64,000 bases of DNA from Piedraia hortae CBS 480.64 (GCA_010093745.1 MU005959.1:362270-426269); one strand, 5' to 3'. Positions 33,732 through 44,826 are shown, numbered from the stretch's first letter. Notes: generated by a model from the letters alone, not told the origin. Translations and numbers: made by a program.

Positions 33732-35956
33732 ACGATTGCGAAGACGTCCGGATGAGGGCGCGAATGGGTGAGATGTTGGACGATGGATTGTGTTGGTTAC
33801 GTGAGGATTTGGTATTGACGATTAAATGATTGGTTGAGGTTTGTCACAAACGTCACGCGCGATGTTGAGTCACGAAGATAAGGATTGGAGTGCGTTCGGT
33901 CAGGGAATATTAAATTATCGGGAATTTTAGATGAACGAGAGCCAAGGCGTCCTGTGCTCGTGTCATGCGATTGCCTGTCCAGCAAAGCTCGTAATGCTTG
34001 TGCTCCTGGTAGCGAAACATCGTCACGTACGAACAGTGGCAAAGGCGCAATCAGAAAATGGGATGCTATCTTCTGATGGAAGGAGACGGAAGGATAAAAA
34101 CATGAGTCTGACACCTCGCAATTCACTCTTGAAACACTCCTTGGAGAGCGGACTTCCTAGGGATACGCCCCACCATGTTAAACTCATTGAACAACTCTTT
34201 AAAGTGTATCATATCGGTATCTGGTGAAAACACTTAGGAACTCCGTGATGTTCTAGAAAACGCTGAAAACGTCTACTTCCTATTTAGGTGCGATTTGGGG
34301 GCTTGAAAAGAACCTATAAAAATCACCCACGCAGGGCGAATACCGTTTCAAGCAGAGTGTGGCTCTGCAAAATTCTGCTTCTTATAGCTGCCCCCTCATT
34401 GTCCAAATCACGGTGACACAATGCTCGCATTATGGGGCGGGATGACTTTCTTTGGAACGCCGATTCACGAGCATGGTAAATCTGTCAGTATATCAAGTTA
34501 CACAGCGAGCTCAAGAAATGAAAGGATTTTCGTTTGTCGGTAAGACAAACAAGAAAAAGACCAGATAAACAGATCTCTACCCATGTCCACCCTCTGCATC
34601 TATATCTAAGCCGGCCTTTATCTAAGACCATGCGAAGCAACAACAGAAAACACAAGCAATCACAAAGTCACAACAAAGCATCTGGTCATGCATCTAGCCC
34701 AATCCGCATCACAGACTCCTCCTTGTAGTCAAGCCCATTAATGTAGATGTTACGGACTTCCTTGTACGCTCAAAGGCCATCGCCTCGGACAAGATTGCTA
34801 CGAGCACCCCGGACCGGTCATCTTTCTTGCTAAGGGTCAACAGGAGCCTCCCATGCTGTGGAGGGCCACGAAGGTTGTCGAGTAGCGTTCCTGTCATCGA
34901 CACCTTTTAAAGACTGCCGAAAGCAATGTGCATGTGACTCCGAATAGCGGCAGTCGCAATGTAGCGAGTGAGCCAGTCGATGGGACTCAGGTAGTAGATC
35001 AAGCCAACTTCACTCTGCGCAGAAAGACCGAAAGCGAGAAGAGAGCAATCGCTACGACAAACCGAGAATTTCTCAGGCTTTTTGGGGGTGTACAGTGCCA
35101 GGGATATATTTACGATTGCGGACCGCAGAGAGGCGATGTATCTGCTACCAGATGCTGTAGTTGACCTTGAGTGCTCCGACTTTGTCCTTGACTTGTTGTT
35201 GCGGCGATGATTTGGCTTGTAGACTGGTCGCAGCGTGGAGAGCTTCGTTGTCTGATTTGTACCCGGACTGAGTTCAATTGCTCTTGGCCTTCGTTCTTGA
35301 AGACCTGAAGAGGAGGTCAATGCATCAGGCATTGATTTGGTCTCTATGGTGCTAGTGGCCTACTTTGTGGAAGCAGATTACGTGGAAAACTCCTGCACGA
35401 CGCGTGTGTACTATATGTTAAAAGTATGTTGAGTTTGTCCCAAAAGTTTGTCACGAGAGTTTTGTTTGCTCCGACTGTACCACAGCCGCACAGCACCTTG
35501 GCATGGTACATAGCAATCGTCCGGCGTGATGCAGACTTTCGTCTGCTCCGCGCTTGGAGCCTGCATTCTTGTCTTTCTCTTCAACTGCCGATCGAGTACA
35601 TGGTCATGGAGGAAGGTGTTATGGGGTTGAAGTCGGTAGGTGGAACAGCCCATGCCGCTGATGCGTCACGTTGGCGGAAAAAAAGTTATCGTAACTAGAC
35701 ATCAAGATAGGAAGATATCTCAGCCTCGTTTCCGCCGAGTTGATCTGAGAATCACCTTTATACTAGAAGGGTACAGGTTTCTCCTCGCTTACTAGACGTC
35801 CATCTGCAAATTATTCGTCATTGCAGAGCATGTATAAGATTAGGTTATGTAGCAGAGATGGCGCACACAAAATTGTCTGCATTTAGTAAAACTTTGTTCC
35901 TGCATCTGTACCCCCACCGTACCATCATCTATCGCCGGAGACCCTGAGGTAGGTCT

Positions 35957-36845
35957 CGGCTGAGGTCCGGGGAGTAAGGAGGCCAGTTCAGAACGATGAA
36001 GCCATTATCCTCTAACCAAATCTGCGCAAACTTGGAGGTATTTGCTAGCTCTGCCCTGCTGGAACGAATCGCAGCGGAGGGAATGCAATCTTGCTTCGCA
36101 TTATCCTCTCGACAAAAAAGTCGAATTTTGCTACACCGGCTCTTAGAATACACCCCCAGATAATGATGCATCCACCCCGTGCTCCATGATACCTCTCATA
36201 TTATGTTCCTCAACCCCAGTCTTGCTGGAAAATCCACAACCTCGGCAAACCATCCGATCCCATACTATCGTCTCAAGTGAGATCTTCCAATCCTCCTCGA
36301 TCCATTCCAAGATCTCATCGTTTCAACTCGCAGCTTTAGACTTTTTCGTCACTGCTAAAGCCTTCTTTTCCCATGCTGGAGCCTTTTTCCTCATTGCCGG
36401 AGCCTTCTTCTTTGATACTGCTGCAACCTTCTTCGTCACTGTTCGAGTCATCTTCTCCACTGCCTGAGCCTCCTTCGCCACTGCTGGAGCCTCCTCATCT
36501 TTCTTCCTTCCTATTCCCAAACCAAACTCTTTCACCGCTTTCCGCAATGTATCAGGACCGATTTAATACCAAGATCCCGCTCCAATGTTCGCACGACCTC
36601 CAGGGCAGGTTTACACTCACCAGTGCGCATCAGCCGTGCTGATTTCTTCTTGGAGACCTTGTTGAGCTTCTCTGGACGCCCTGCTTTTGGGTGTTTAATC
36701 TTCCCTCCTTTTCAGAAAATTCTTTACTGACTTTCAGAACGCGGGTCTTGCTACAGCCCACATCCTTGGTCATCTGGCGTTGGGATTTGCCCGCTTTGAT
36801 GCCCGCAAGAACGTCGTCGTGTTTGCACTGTTCGAGAGGGCGCAT
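35957..36845 (-). mobile_element. Degenerate Tc1/mariner (IS630-Tc1) transposase remnant
   Basis: HTH-like N-terminus 'IKAGKSQRQMTKDVGCSKTRV' (ATG 36845), 'EWIEEDWK', frameshifted 'HG(G)GCIIIWGCI' (~36140-36185) and 'WLEDNGFIVLNWPPYSPDL' (WPxxSPDL motif). Many frameshifts and deletions. Confidence 0.8.
36326..36496 (-). repeat. Degenerate 21-bp tandem repeat (8 units) inside the Tc1 remnant, encoding KKAPAVx-like heptads
   Basis: Minus-strand units such as GAGGAGGCTCCAGCAGTGGCG / AAGGAGGCTCAGGCAGTGGAG / AAAAAGGCTCCAGCATGGGAA / AAGAAGGCTTTAGCAGTGACG; 171 nt = 8x21+3. Confidence 0.8.
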
Positions 36846-37050
36846 TTTGAAGGTGTAAATTGAACGATAGGAAAACGTAAGCTTTTCGCGTGTGGTGTGT
36901 TTGGGAGCGTGGTGGGATTTGGACGCGTCGCCAATAAATTTTGAACGCGACTCTTCAACTTTGTCATCAAGTTTCCCAAAACTGAAGAGCCACCATTCAT
37001 GGCCCATTAACGGTGCTTAGTTGGATTACCAGTGGTTTCGGGATGATGGC

Positions 37051-37055
37051 AAAAA
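37051..37055 (-). terminator. RNA polymerase III oligo-T terminator of the 5S gene
   Basis: TTTTT on the minus strand 2 nt after the 5S 3' end. Confidence 0.75.
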
Positions 37056-37057
37056 TG

Positions 37058-37176
37058 ACTTACAACAGCGGGGATTCCCACGTGGTCACCCACCGTAGTA
37101 CTAATCCGCCGGTTTGCAGCTTAAGTTCAGGAGAGCGGACGGGATCCTCTGTTCTCTGCAACCTATGGTCGTAAGT
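37058..37176 (-). rRNA. Dispersed 5S rRNA gene (119 nt)
   Basis: Minus strand reads ACTTACGACCATAGG...CCCGTCCGCTC...ACTTAAGC...TTAGTAC...GGTGGGTGACCAC...GAATCCC...GTTGTAAGT. It has the filamentous-ascomycete 5S conserved loops, paired 5'/3' helix I, canonical length and a T-tract terminator. Confidence 0.93.
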
Positions 37177-37705
37177 GTATGGACCGGCTGTGCATTGAAT
37201 ATATTCTATTATCTACATTTCAGCGACAGAGGGCATCATGTTTCAATATGCACGAGACGAATTTAAACACGTACAGTATCAGAGACACCGTAGTAGAGCG
37301 ATTCAAGTTCATCATCACAGTGCAAGGCTACACTTCCGGCTCACCGAAGTGGATTGCTGATAATTGCATTGAGAATTCTGTCAGTCTCACGTCCACGCCA
37401 GTGCGGTTGCTACGTTTGGTTGTCATCCTCACGGTCCTCTTTGCCTCGACCAGATTGACGATGTTCGTGGACAACAGTTGTCCATGCGTTCACCTACGAG
37501 TATAGATACAAGCCAGCTACCTTATCTCATGGCAGTCACGTTTGATGGAGAAGTCTTCCACGTTTCATGGTGGCGAGGATTGCCAGAACAATGGAAAGAG
37601 ATGGCGTGTTTCAGAATAATCGCCGAAGGGGCTGGCACAGCACGTGATAGCGGCACGTCACCGACACAACCACCGAAGTAGCGGACACCGGGTCGTTTGT
37701 AGGGC

Positions 37706-39115
37706 ATGCCGTGCTTCAAGGGCCTGTCGATCAACATTCATACGGCCGATGGCCCGCTGCCTGAGTTGGCGCTGCAGCGACACTCGCGATCGTCGCGCGT
37801 CTCGGCCTACATTCCCGTTCCGCCGGCCAAGCTGCGCCCCGACTCAGTGTCAGGCAAGCCGGAGCAGTCGACCTTTGCTATTTCAATCACACTGCTGACA
37901 CCTGGTCTGAAAATCCCAAACTCCGCTCCGGAGCCGACGCCAGAGAATCCGGATCCGCAGCCGCGCGTGGTTGGCGCGCTCGCATCGGACGGGCAGCGCA
38001 ATGCGGACCCTATCGCGCCCTACATTCCCTCCACGAACCACCCAAACGAAACGCTTGCTGCCTATATCTACTTTGACGGTCGTCCCAAGGAGGAAGTGGC
38101 CACGCTGCTCCGTAGGGGCGAGGAGACGTGGGTGAACTCGCGATGGGTCAAATCCGACAACGGTGGGCTGGCCGAGCGCGAGTTTTTGTTTAGAGAAATT
38201 GGCCTCGAACGCTACCTCAATGGGCTGGACCTTACCGGGCGGAAGAACAACGGAGAGAAGTCACAAGCGCGGCAGAAGCGGTTAAGCCGACAAGCACAAA
38301 GAGAGCAGAGCCGGCGGAGTGCGTGGTCTGACAACAAGACGCCAGATAGCCCTCCTGTCAAGAAAAAAGACGAGGGCGGAGATGATTCAGATGCCGAAGA
38401 GGCGGAGCCGGAAGCTGCGGGTCAAATCAAAGTCATCCTCTTCCGCGTATTGGCAAGCGGCGAAGTCAGACATGGCGAATATCTCCCTCAGTTTAGTGCA
38501 AACGAGGATGATGATCAAAGCAACACCAATGATGACGATGTCGATCACACCACCAGCTTTGCAAAGCCCCGGTCTCTCGATCCTAGTTCGATCAGCACCC
38601 AGACCGTAACTGGCATCGATACGCCTGGGCTCCCATATGCTACATTTACATTCTTCTACCGGGGTGAGCGACAGCTGCGCAAGATGGGTATCTTGCCCTC
38701 ATCACCTGAGAAGAACGGCGTAGCCAATGGCAAACACCGGAGCACAGACTTTTCTAAGCTGGGCCCACTCACATCATTCGGCACCGTTGGTTTCTCTGGC
38801 TACCGTGACCCAGCCGACAAAAAGTCGAAGAAAGGGGGTAACGACGGTGCGGACAGCGATGCCGAAGATGACGAAGAAGCCGACGAGGAAAAGCGTCTAC
38901 GCCTCGGCAAAGATGTAGAAGACGCAAGCAAGCTCCTCTCCCCAGAAGACGCCAAAGAGCAGGGCGAGCTTGCGGAAGGAGTGGAGAAGATCCGGGTAAG
39001 CTTGTTACCTGACATCTACCCGGCGTCGTCTAATGATTCCCCCAAGCTTAAACGCCAACGGTCCGTGGATCCTCTTACAGATCTCGCCCGCAAAACTCAA
39101 CGAGCGGACGACTGA
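37706..39115 (+). CDS. Conserved fungal hypothetical protein with a probable in-frame intron at 38996-39046
   Basis: Conserved-looking blocks 'STFAISITLL', 'AAYIYFDGRPKEEVATLLR.GEETWVNSRWV', 'AGQIKV.LFRVLASGE', 'YATFTFFYR'. GTAAGC...CTAAT...AAG 51-nt intron candidate. Confidence 0.75.
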   Translation: MPCFKGLSINIHTADGPLPELALQRHSRSSRVSAYIPVPPAKLRPDSVSGKPEQSTFAISITLLTPGLKIPNSAPEPTPENPDPQPRVVGALASDGQRNADPIAPYIPSTNHPNETLAAYIYFDGRPKEEVATLLRRGEETWVNSRWVKSDNGGLAEREFLFREIGLERYLNGLDLTGRKNNGEKSQARQKRLSRQAQREQSRRSAWSDNKTPDSPPVKKKDEGGDDSDAEEAEPEAAGQIKVILFRVLASGEVRHGEYLPQFSANEDDDQSNTNDDDVDHTTSFAKPRSLDPSSISTQTVTGIDTPGLPYATFTFFYRGERQLRKMGILPSSPEKNGVANGKHRSTDFSKLGPLTSFGTVGFSGYRDPADKKSKKGGNDGADSDAEDDEEADEEKRLRLGKDVEDASKLLSPEDAKEQGELAEGVEKIRVSLLPDIYPASSNDSPKLKRQRSVDPLTDLARKTQRADD

Positions 39116-39278
39116 GCGAGGTTTGCCTTGTTTCTTTTTCCTCTTTAAGCTATCAATGTTTCCCATGGGTCTTTGGGCCCGTTCTTCGATACTCCTTTAG
39201 GCGTTATCATCAATTTCGGAAGAGTTCTTTTTGTTGAGCAAGCGGAGAGTGCGCAAAGTAGAAACCCTTCAATATACC

Positions 39279-39972
39279 TTAAAGCAATCCCCTCTTCGCA
39301 ACCTTAACGCCTAACCCAACTCCTATCCCAACCACAAACCCAAGAAACCGCACAACAGCCCGAACCGGAAGCCCAATCTCCTCGGGATGGCTGCCAAGTA
39401 GCTCGCCCTCAACCTTCCTGGTCACAGCATCAACCCTTTTCCACACCCCCCTCTTCCTACGTTCGTGAGGAGGAGGCGGAGCCTCAAATCCCTCCACCCC
39501 CTTCCTCCTCATTTCAAGAACCCCAACCCCCAACACTGTCGCGATAGCAGTGTGAACGAACCACTCATCAACCCTTCCCAATCCATCCAGATCAAACATC
39601 CCTTCCGTCTCAGAAAGCGAAGCAAGAAGCCCCTCCCCACTATCCATAACACCCAACGCAGCGTCAAGAACAGAAGAACAGAACAACCGAACCGTTCCCC
39701 CCTCCGTCGTGATAGGAAAACGTAACCCCCCGGGATGGGTCAGCGTGTACGCTATCCTGAACGGACCGTGGAACATTAACGTCGGGGTGAGGATACATCC
39801 ATGTGTTTCTTCCAGGGAAGAGATCGTGTCTTCTGCCTCGTCTTGTGGAGAAGGGTGCTTGCTTGCGCCCTTATCGTCCCGTGGCTCGCTAGGCTTGCTT
39901 CGCGGGAGTGGTTTTGAGTCCATGAGATGGGTGTATGCTACTTGGTAAGGGAAGATCTTCACCTCCTCGGCT

Positions 39973-40068
<96 letters not shown>

Positions 40069-40535
40069 GGTGGTGGTGGGAGATGGAGTAGACAGATGAC
40101 TTTTTTCTCTTGGGGGGTGAGTTCCCTTACCACTCCGTTTTCGATTTCGAAGGTTTTGCTGCAGGAGGAGAGGGTAATTCCCGCTTCGGTGCGGTGGGGG
40201 GTTAGATGGACTTTTCCCGCTGCTGACCCGGGCGGAGATGAGGGTGGAGAGTAGCCTGAGTCGATCCTTTCAGGTTCGTAGGGACGCTTGGAGACAGTTG
40301 TATGGTGGTAATCTTGTTGGTGGAGGGGTTTGGTAGGGTCGCATGTTGGGAAGATAGATTCGAAGGATTCCTCTCCCATGAGGGTATCCTCGTTGAAGGG
40401 TTCTTTCTCCTCATCCAACGCTGGGCTCTTGGGTTTGAATGCACTCTTTATGGATCTCCTGGACGATGGCTCTTCGCAGATTGCTGCCCGCTTCATGTAT
40501 GATGGCGGAAAAATCTGCCATTTCGGCTGAGGCAT
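39279..40535 (-). CDS. Hypothetical protein with a poly-Thr tract and C-terminal hydrophobic segments
   Basis: 418-aa ATG ORF that stays open across a 31-codon ACA tract. Confidence 0.55.
39974..40069 (+). repeat. (TTG)32 microsatellite, encoding Thr31 on the minus strand
   Basis: Perfect trinucleotide repeat of 96 nt. Confidence 0.97.
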
Positions 40536-40738
40536 CGGGGTGGAACGAACATCTTCCTCAGAGGGCTTACATACCCGCCAGGGTGGAAATTATATTAAGC
40601 GCCCCCATCCTTCTGGGCGGCTGTTATGCATGGCGTTCTCGCACTTCCCCACGCGTGGGTGTTCAGGGTCCAGACGATCTTCCACAAGCCATCGGAATTA
40701 CCCATCTATCGAATAGCGAAGCGATATTATATGATACA

Positions 40739-42384
40739 TCACTCTACCTTTACTTTCCCCTCCTTCAACCTCTTCAGCTGCTTAATTGCAGCAATGATCA
40801 ACGGGACTGACATTGGGCCGAGTAGCGGGACGTAGACAGCCACTTTGTGTTCGTCTGGGAAATATACTTGGCCCACCATGCTTGGTTCGAAGAAGGCATG
40901 CTCCGCCTCATCGTTGGCGATGCGGGCGTTTTCTAATGCCTTATCGTATTTGCCGGTGTGGATGTCTCGGCAAGCGTGTTCTAGGCGTGACAAGGCCTCT
41001 TTTACAGCCGCGGTGACGGAATCCGGAATGGCGATGGAAGTGAGTTTCAGGGTTAGGCGTGAGAGAGCGCCGAGGGTGGATGATGTGGAGATTATCAGTG
41101 AGCTTGCCCGTTCGCGCGCTAGTCCGGATAGACGGGGCGCTAAGGAATGTGGAAGAGGTGGTACGCCCACGAGTGAGGTGAGTTGTTCGGCGAATTTGAG
41201 CATTACAGGTTCCAAGTCTTGCACGGTAAGACTGGTCATCCCGGGTTTGGGGTTCAATATCTGAACACCGCCCCATTGAGGGATCAGCCAGCCGGTACCA
41301 CCGTTTGCAATCTCTAGAGGGCTGTGTTCTGGCGAAGGGATGTATAGAACGAAATTGACAGTCGGGCCTGTGCCGATGCTTGGATTCAGAGGCCATTCAG
41401 CCGAGTTGATGAAGCCCGATAAATCTGAATGCTGCAATAGCCACTTCTTTATGGCGCTGTCAGATTGTGGGCCAGGAATCGATGGCGAGGGAGATGCATG
41501 GATATGGACTTGGGTGTCAATTGTGAATTGGCTGATGTTGGACAGAGCAGATATCAGGGGCTCCATGTACTGTTGTATTGCCTTGTCGATTTCCCATCCC
41601 GAAGGCCAAGCTGAAGATGTGACCAACGAGAATGTTATGTGGTATGTCGACGAGTATTTGAGAACTCTGGTCGTCCTTGCATCAAGCACAGCTTGACTTT
41701 CAGGTGCCAAGGTGAGCTCCTTGCCAGTGGCAAACGGCACTCCCTTTAAGAGGTGAGATAGGGATTGCTCTTCATAGGCAAAGATTTGGTGCACTTGCTT
41801 AGCTATGGAAGAGGCAAGACCTTCGACCTCGGTTGCCGTGTACTCGATCTGCAGCACTGGTTCGACCGGATCAAGCTTTGCACCATATGTGATCTGACCA
41901 GTCTGTTGTAGCAACACATTCATGGCCCACTCTGGATCAACAGACCAACTGTCATTGTACGGTTCGTATGAGACCCTAAAGTCCAAAATTGCAGAATCCG
42001 TCTTGTCATTGAGCAGAGTTTGGACTCTGGAAGCCAGGTCCTTCCCAATACTCACATCTAGTTGTGCTGAACTGAGTCGTATACCCATTGGATAGAGCAT
42101 GGGACATGTCTACGCAAGAATCAGCAGGTCAATGGGCTAGTATTATTCAAACATACGCTGCCTGCGGCCCATGCATCCATGGCATTCAAGGGGAGGTCCG
42201 ATCGGTGAATTGACGTCGTCCATATCCAGTGCGGTAATCCCAAGAACAGAATAACAGCCCAGAAAGAGGCAACGATCCAGAATCGTGTGCGAGCTTCATC
42301 GGATGTCTCTGGTGGAAGTTGTTTTTCGTCATTCCCGGTGACTGTTGGCATGATCTCCTCATTCGATTTCTTTTCCCCGTCCAT
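40739..42384 (-). CDS. GPI17: GPI transamidase component PIG-S, 2 exons
   Basis: Exon 1 42384-42157 (TM, 'LGLPHWIWTTSIHRSDLP'), intron 42156-42110 (47 nt), exon 2 'FINSAEWPL', 'WLIPQWGGV', 'FFEPSMVGQVYFPDEHKVAVYVPLLGP'. Confidence 0.92.
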
Positions 42385-42872
42385 CTCGCACAACCATGAC
42401 AGTGGTCTTTTACGAACTTTTCAACTCGACATTGGCGGCTTTGAAGCGAGTGGTGATTGAGCGAACAAACTTCAACACTGACGGATTCAGAGCGCTATAA
42501 TACGTTGTGTTCTGCGATCCCACAACTTATCAACAAGCTACAAGAGCTGCGCACCTAATGTGGAAGAATAGCAACAGCTGGTGGTTTGTACCACGATAAT
42601 GCGGATCTACCCGTTTATAGCGCTGTCCCAACTCAAACAAATCGCCGAATTGCTCTGGTGAACGGATAATTTGGACAGCGGATAGTCTGCCTATACGGTA
42701 AACAGCACCTTTCCTTCTATATCGAAGAGATGGCGAGACCTCTCGGCTGTTAATGCATCATCAACCAGGCGACGTGGTGACGCAAGTGACAGCGGGACCG
42801 CCCGCCTTGCATTAGCGTAGCGCAACGAGGGAACTTGGATCAGGATGCTGTCATCATAACTGTCCCCCAACT

Positions 42873-43979
42873 ATGGTCTCTTTCTGGCCCTTCAAGGGCG
42901 ACGATGACTCTGCTGCTTCGTTCGAGAGAGCCCTCAGCAAGTTGGCCGGTCAGATCAGCAAAGTCGATGCCCAGAACGATAGTCTTCGGCGGAACCAGCG
43001 GCGCTTCAAGCTGCTCTGGACGCTGTACTCGGCCTTTGCTTACATCATAGTGGCTGCAATCTTGACGCTCATCACCGGATACCAGCAATGGAACGCCATG
43101 GAATACACCGCCATGGCAGGCGGACCGGTTCTCATCATTGTCGTGCGCATGGTACTGAACTCCTATTACAACTTCCGCGTCTCCTCCACCCAGTCCCAGC
43201 TCGATGAACTGCGCAAGCAAAGGGAGGCTACAATCAAGAAGCTGAAGGAAGCCACGAGATACGACACGACGCAGCAGTTGCTGGACAAGTATGGCGAGAC
43301 GCCGCGCAAAGCACAAACATTGCCCAGACCGCAACGGAACAAGAACAAGGCAGAGGAGGATCGGATGATGCCAAATGACCGGATGATGCCGGTACCGCCT
43401 CAACTGGCAATGCCTCAACGGACGGGATTTGTTCCGCCGCCCACGGCAAACATTCAAGCCTCTCGACCGGTGTCTGCAAGAGCGGCAGATCCACCGTCGC
43501 AGGTATCTGCCCTTCGCTTGCGTCGGAGCACCGAGTCAGACAACACGCGGTCCAGTCCGCTAGGGCCGGGCGAGGAGTTTGCACCAAACGCCTTTACTGA
43601 GCAGCCGCAGAGGCTCGAACCTTTCCAACAGCCAGCAAATTCGGGCGTCGGGCAGCAAGTCTCAGAAGGGCCAAAATGGTACGATCGCATTCTTGATGTC
43701 ATTCTCGGCGAGGACGAGACGCAGGCCAAGAACCGCATTGCCCTCATCTGCCAGCACTGCAAACTGGTCAACGGCCTGGCACCACCTGGGGCTACAACGC
43801 CAGAAGACATCGGAAGGTGGAGATGCAGCAATTGTCACGAATGGAACGGCGTTGAGAGCGAAAGCACTAAGATACTCAATAAGTTATCTGCCGGTGAGCC
43901 TCTTTCACCCGCCAGGAGACCAATCAGTGAGGCTTCGAACGAGGAACACGAAGGAGAAGACGTAAAGAAGGCATCATAA
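42873..43979 (+). CDS. LNP1: ER tubule junction protein lunapark
   Basis: Two N-terminal TMs, coiled coil, 'WYDRILDVILGEDE' and the zinc finger 'ALICQHCKLVNG...RCSNCHEWN'. Confidence 0.92.
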   Translation: MVSFWPFKGDDDSAASFERALSKLAGQISKVDAQNDSLRRNQRRFKLLWTLYSAFAYIIVAAILTLITGYQQWNAMEYTAMAGGPVLIIVVRMVLNSYYNFRVSSTQSQLDELRKQREATIKKLKEATRYDTTQQLLDKYGETPRKAQTLPRPQRNKNKAEEDRMMPNDRMMPVPPQLAMPQRTGFVPPPTANIQASRPVSARAADPPSQVSALRLRRSTESDNTRSSPLGPGEEFAPNAFTEQPQRLEPFQQPANSGVGQQVSEGPKWYDRILDVILGEDETQAKNRIALICQHCKLVNGLAPPGATTPEDIGRWRCSNCHEWNGVESESTKILNKLSAGEPLSPARRPISEASNEEHEGEDVKKAS

Positions 43980-44129
43980 GTGTAATGTGAGCATTAGCAT
44001 GGGAGTTTGGTAGTGAACGAAAGTTATTTATATCCCATTGCCATCTTCACGCGAGGCCCCTCTTCGCAGTCGTCATCGCTGAGTCTTGAATTATGTTGAG
44101 GGTGCCGTAGCAGTCATTGCATCGCTTGC

Positions 44130-44254
44130 TTATTTCTATTTGCGGTTAGTCATCATTCTCCAAAGATGAGTAGGACACGTACATTGCAGGAGCAGTTGCC
44201 AGGAGCGCAAGAGCAATTCTCGCAGGAGCAGTTGTCGTTTCCGCAGCCAGGCAT
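44130..44254 (-). CDS. Small copper-thionein-type metallothionein (25 aa), 2 exons
   Basis: Exon 1 44254-44183 encodes MPGCGNDNCSCENCSCAPGNCSCN. Intron 44182-44136 (GTACGT...ACTAAC...TAG, 47 nt). Exon 2 is AAA TAA. 7 Cys with three CxC motifs and no aromatic residues. Confidence 0.85.
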
Positions 44255-44388
44255 TTTGACTTTAACTGAGTGGTTGAGTGGTTGAGTGGTGTGTGAGATT
44301 CGAACTTGGAAGTCTTGTGGAGTCTTGGAGTGCACTTGATTTGGTTTGGTGATGAAGAAGAAGAGAAAGGAAAAGACCTGGAGGCCGC

Positions 44389-44432
44389 TTTTTTATGTCC
44401 GTGTGGAAGCTGCTGGTGGGGCAAGCAGCTCC
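44389..44432 (-). promoter_or_regulatory. Putative metallothionein promoter: TATA-like CATAAAAAA plus an inverted AGCTGCT-N9-AGCAGCT element
   Basis: TATA-like box at 44397-44389 (minus strand). Perfect 7-bp inverted repeat at 44408-44414 and 44424-44430 containing GCTG cores like Ace1-type copper response elements. Confidence 0.4.
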
Positions 44433-44826
44433 GCCTCCCCCACCTGCCGTTTGAGCAAGACATCACGCGTGGGATGACAGCTCGTCTCCACCAGGCTCGT
44501 GATTGAAATGAGTCATGGCATTTGTTGGCAATTTTAACCGCAGGACAATTAAATAATTCTGCCACAGTGAAGCCCAATTGGATTGCTTTTATCTTATCCT
44601 TCCCAGTTTTTCTAATTGGATTGGCGGCCTTGCCATTGACAGCCAAAATGCGACAGGTTGTGTGTGGCGTAAGGAAGCGCGGGTGTTCCCGCAAACCAAA
44701 ATCGTGCTTTTACGAATATGGCATGAGATGTCTGGTGGTGGCGGGTCCTTCTCCAATGTACCATAGCACCTCACCGCCTGACTGTAAGCCTCCACAATAC
44801 ACTGCATTGGATTGCAATTACGCACC

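Noticed and set aside
35420..35910. Two ...CTGTA-ending segments (near 35479 and 35910) resembling Tc1 terminal inverted repeat ends, one preceded by a weak transposase C-terminus-like peptide (QSMYKIRLCSRDGAHK)
   Set aside because: I could not find a matching partner TIR in the window and the peptide similarity is too weak to call.
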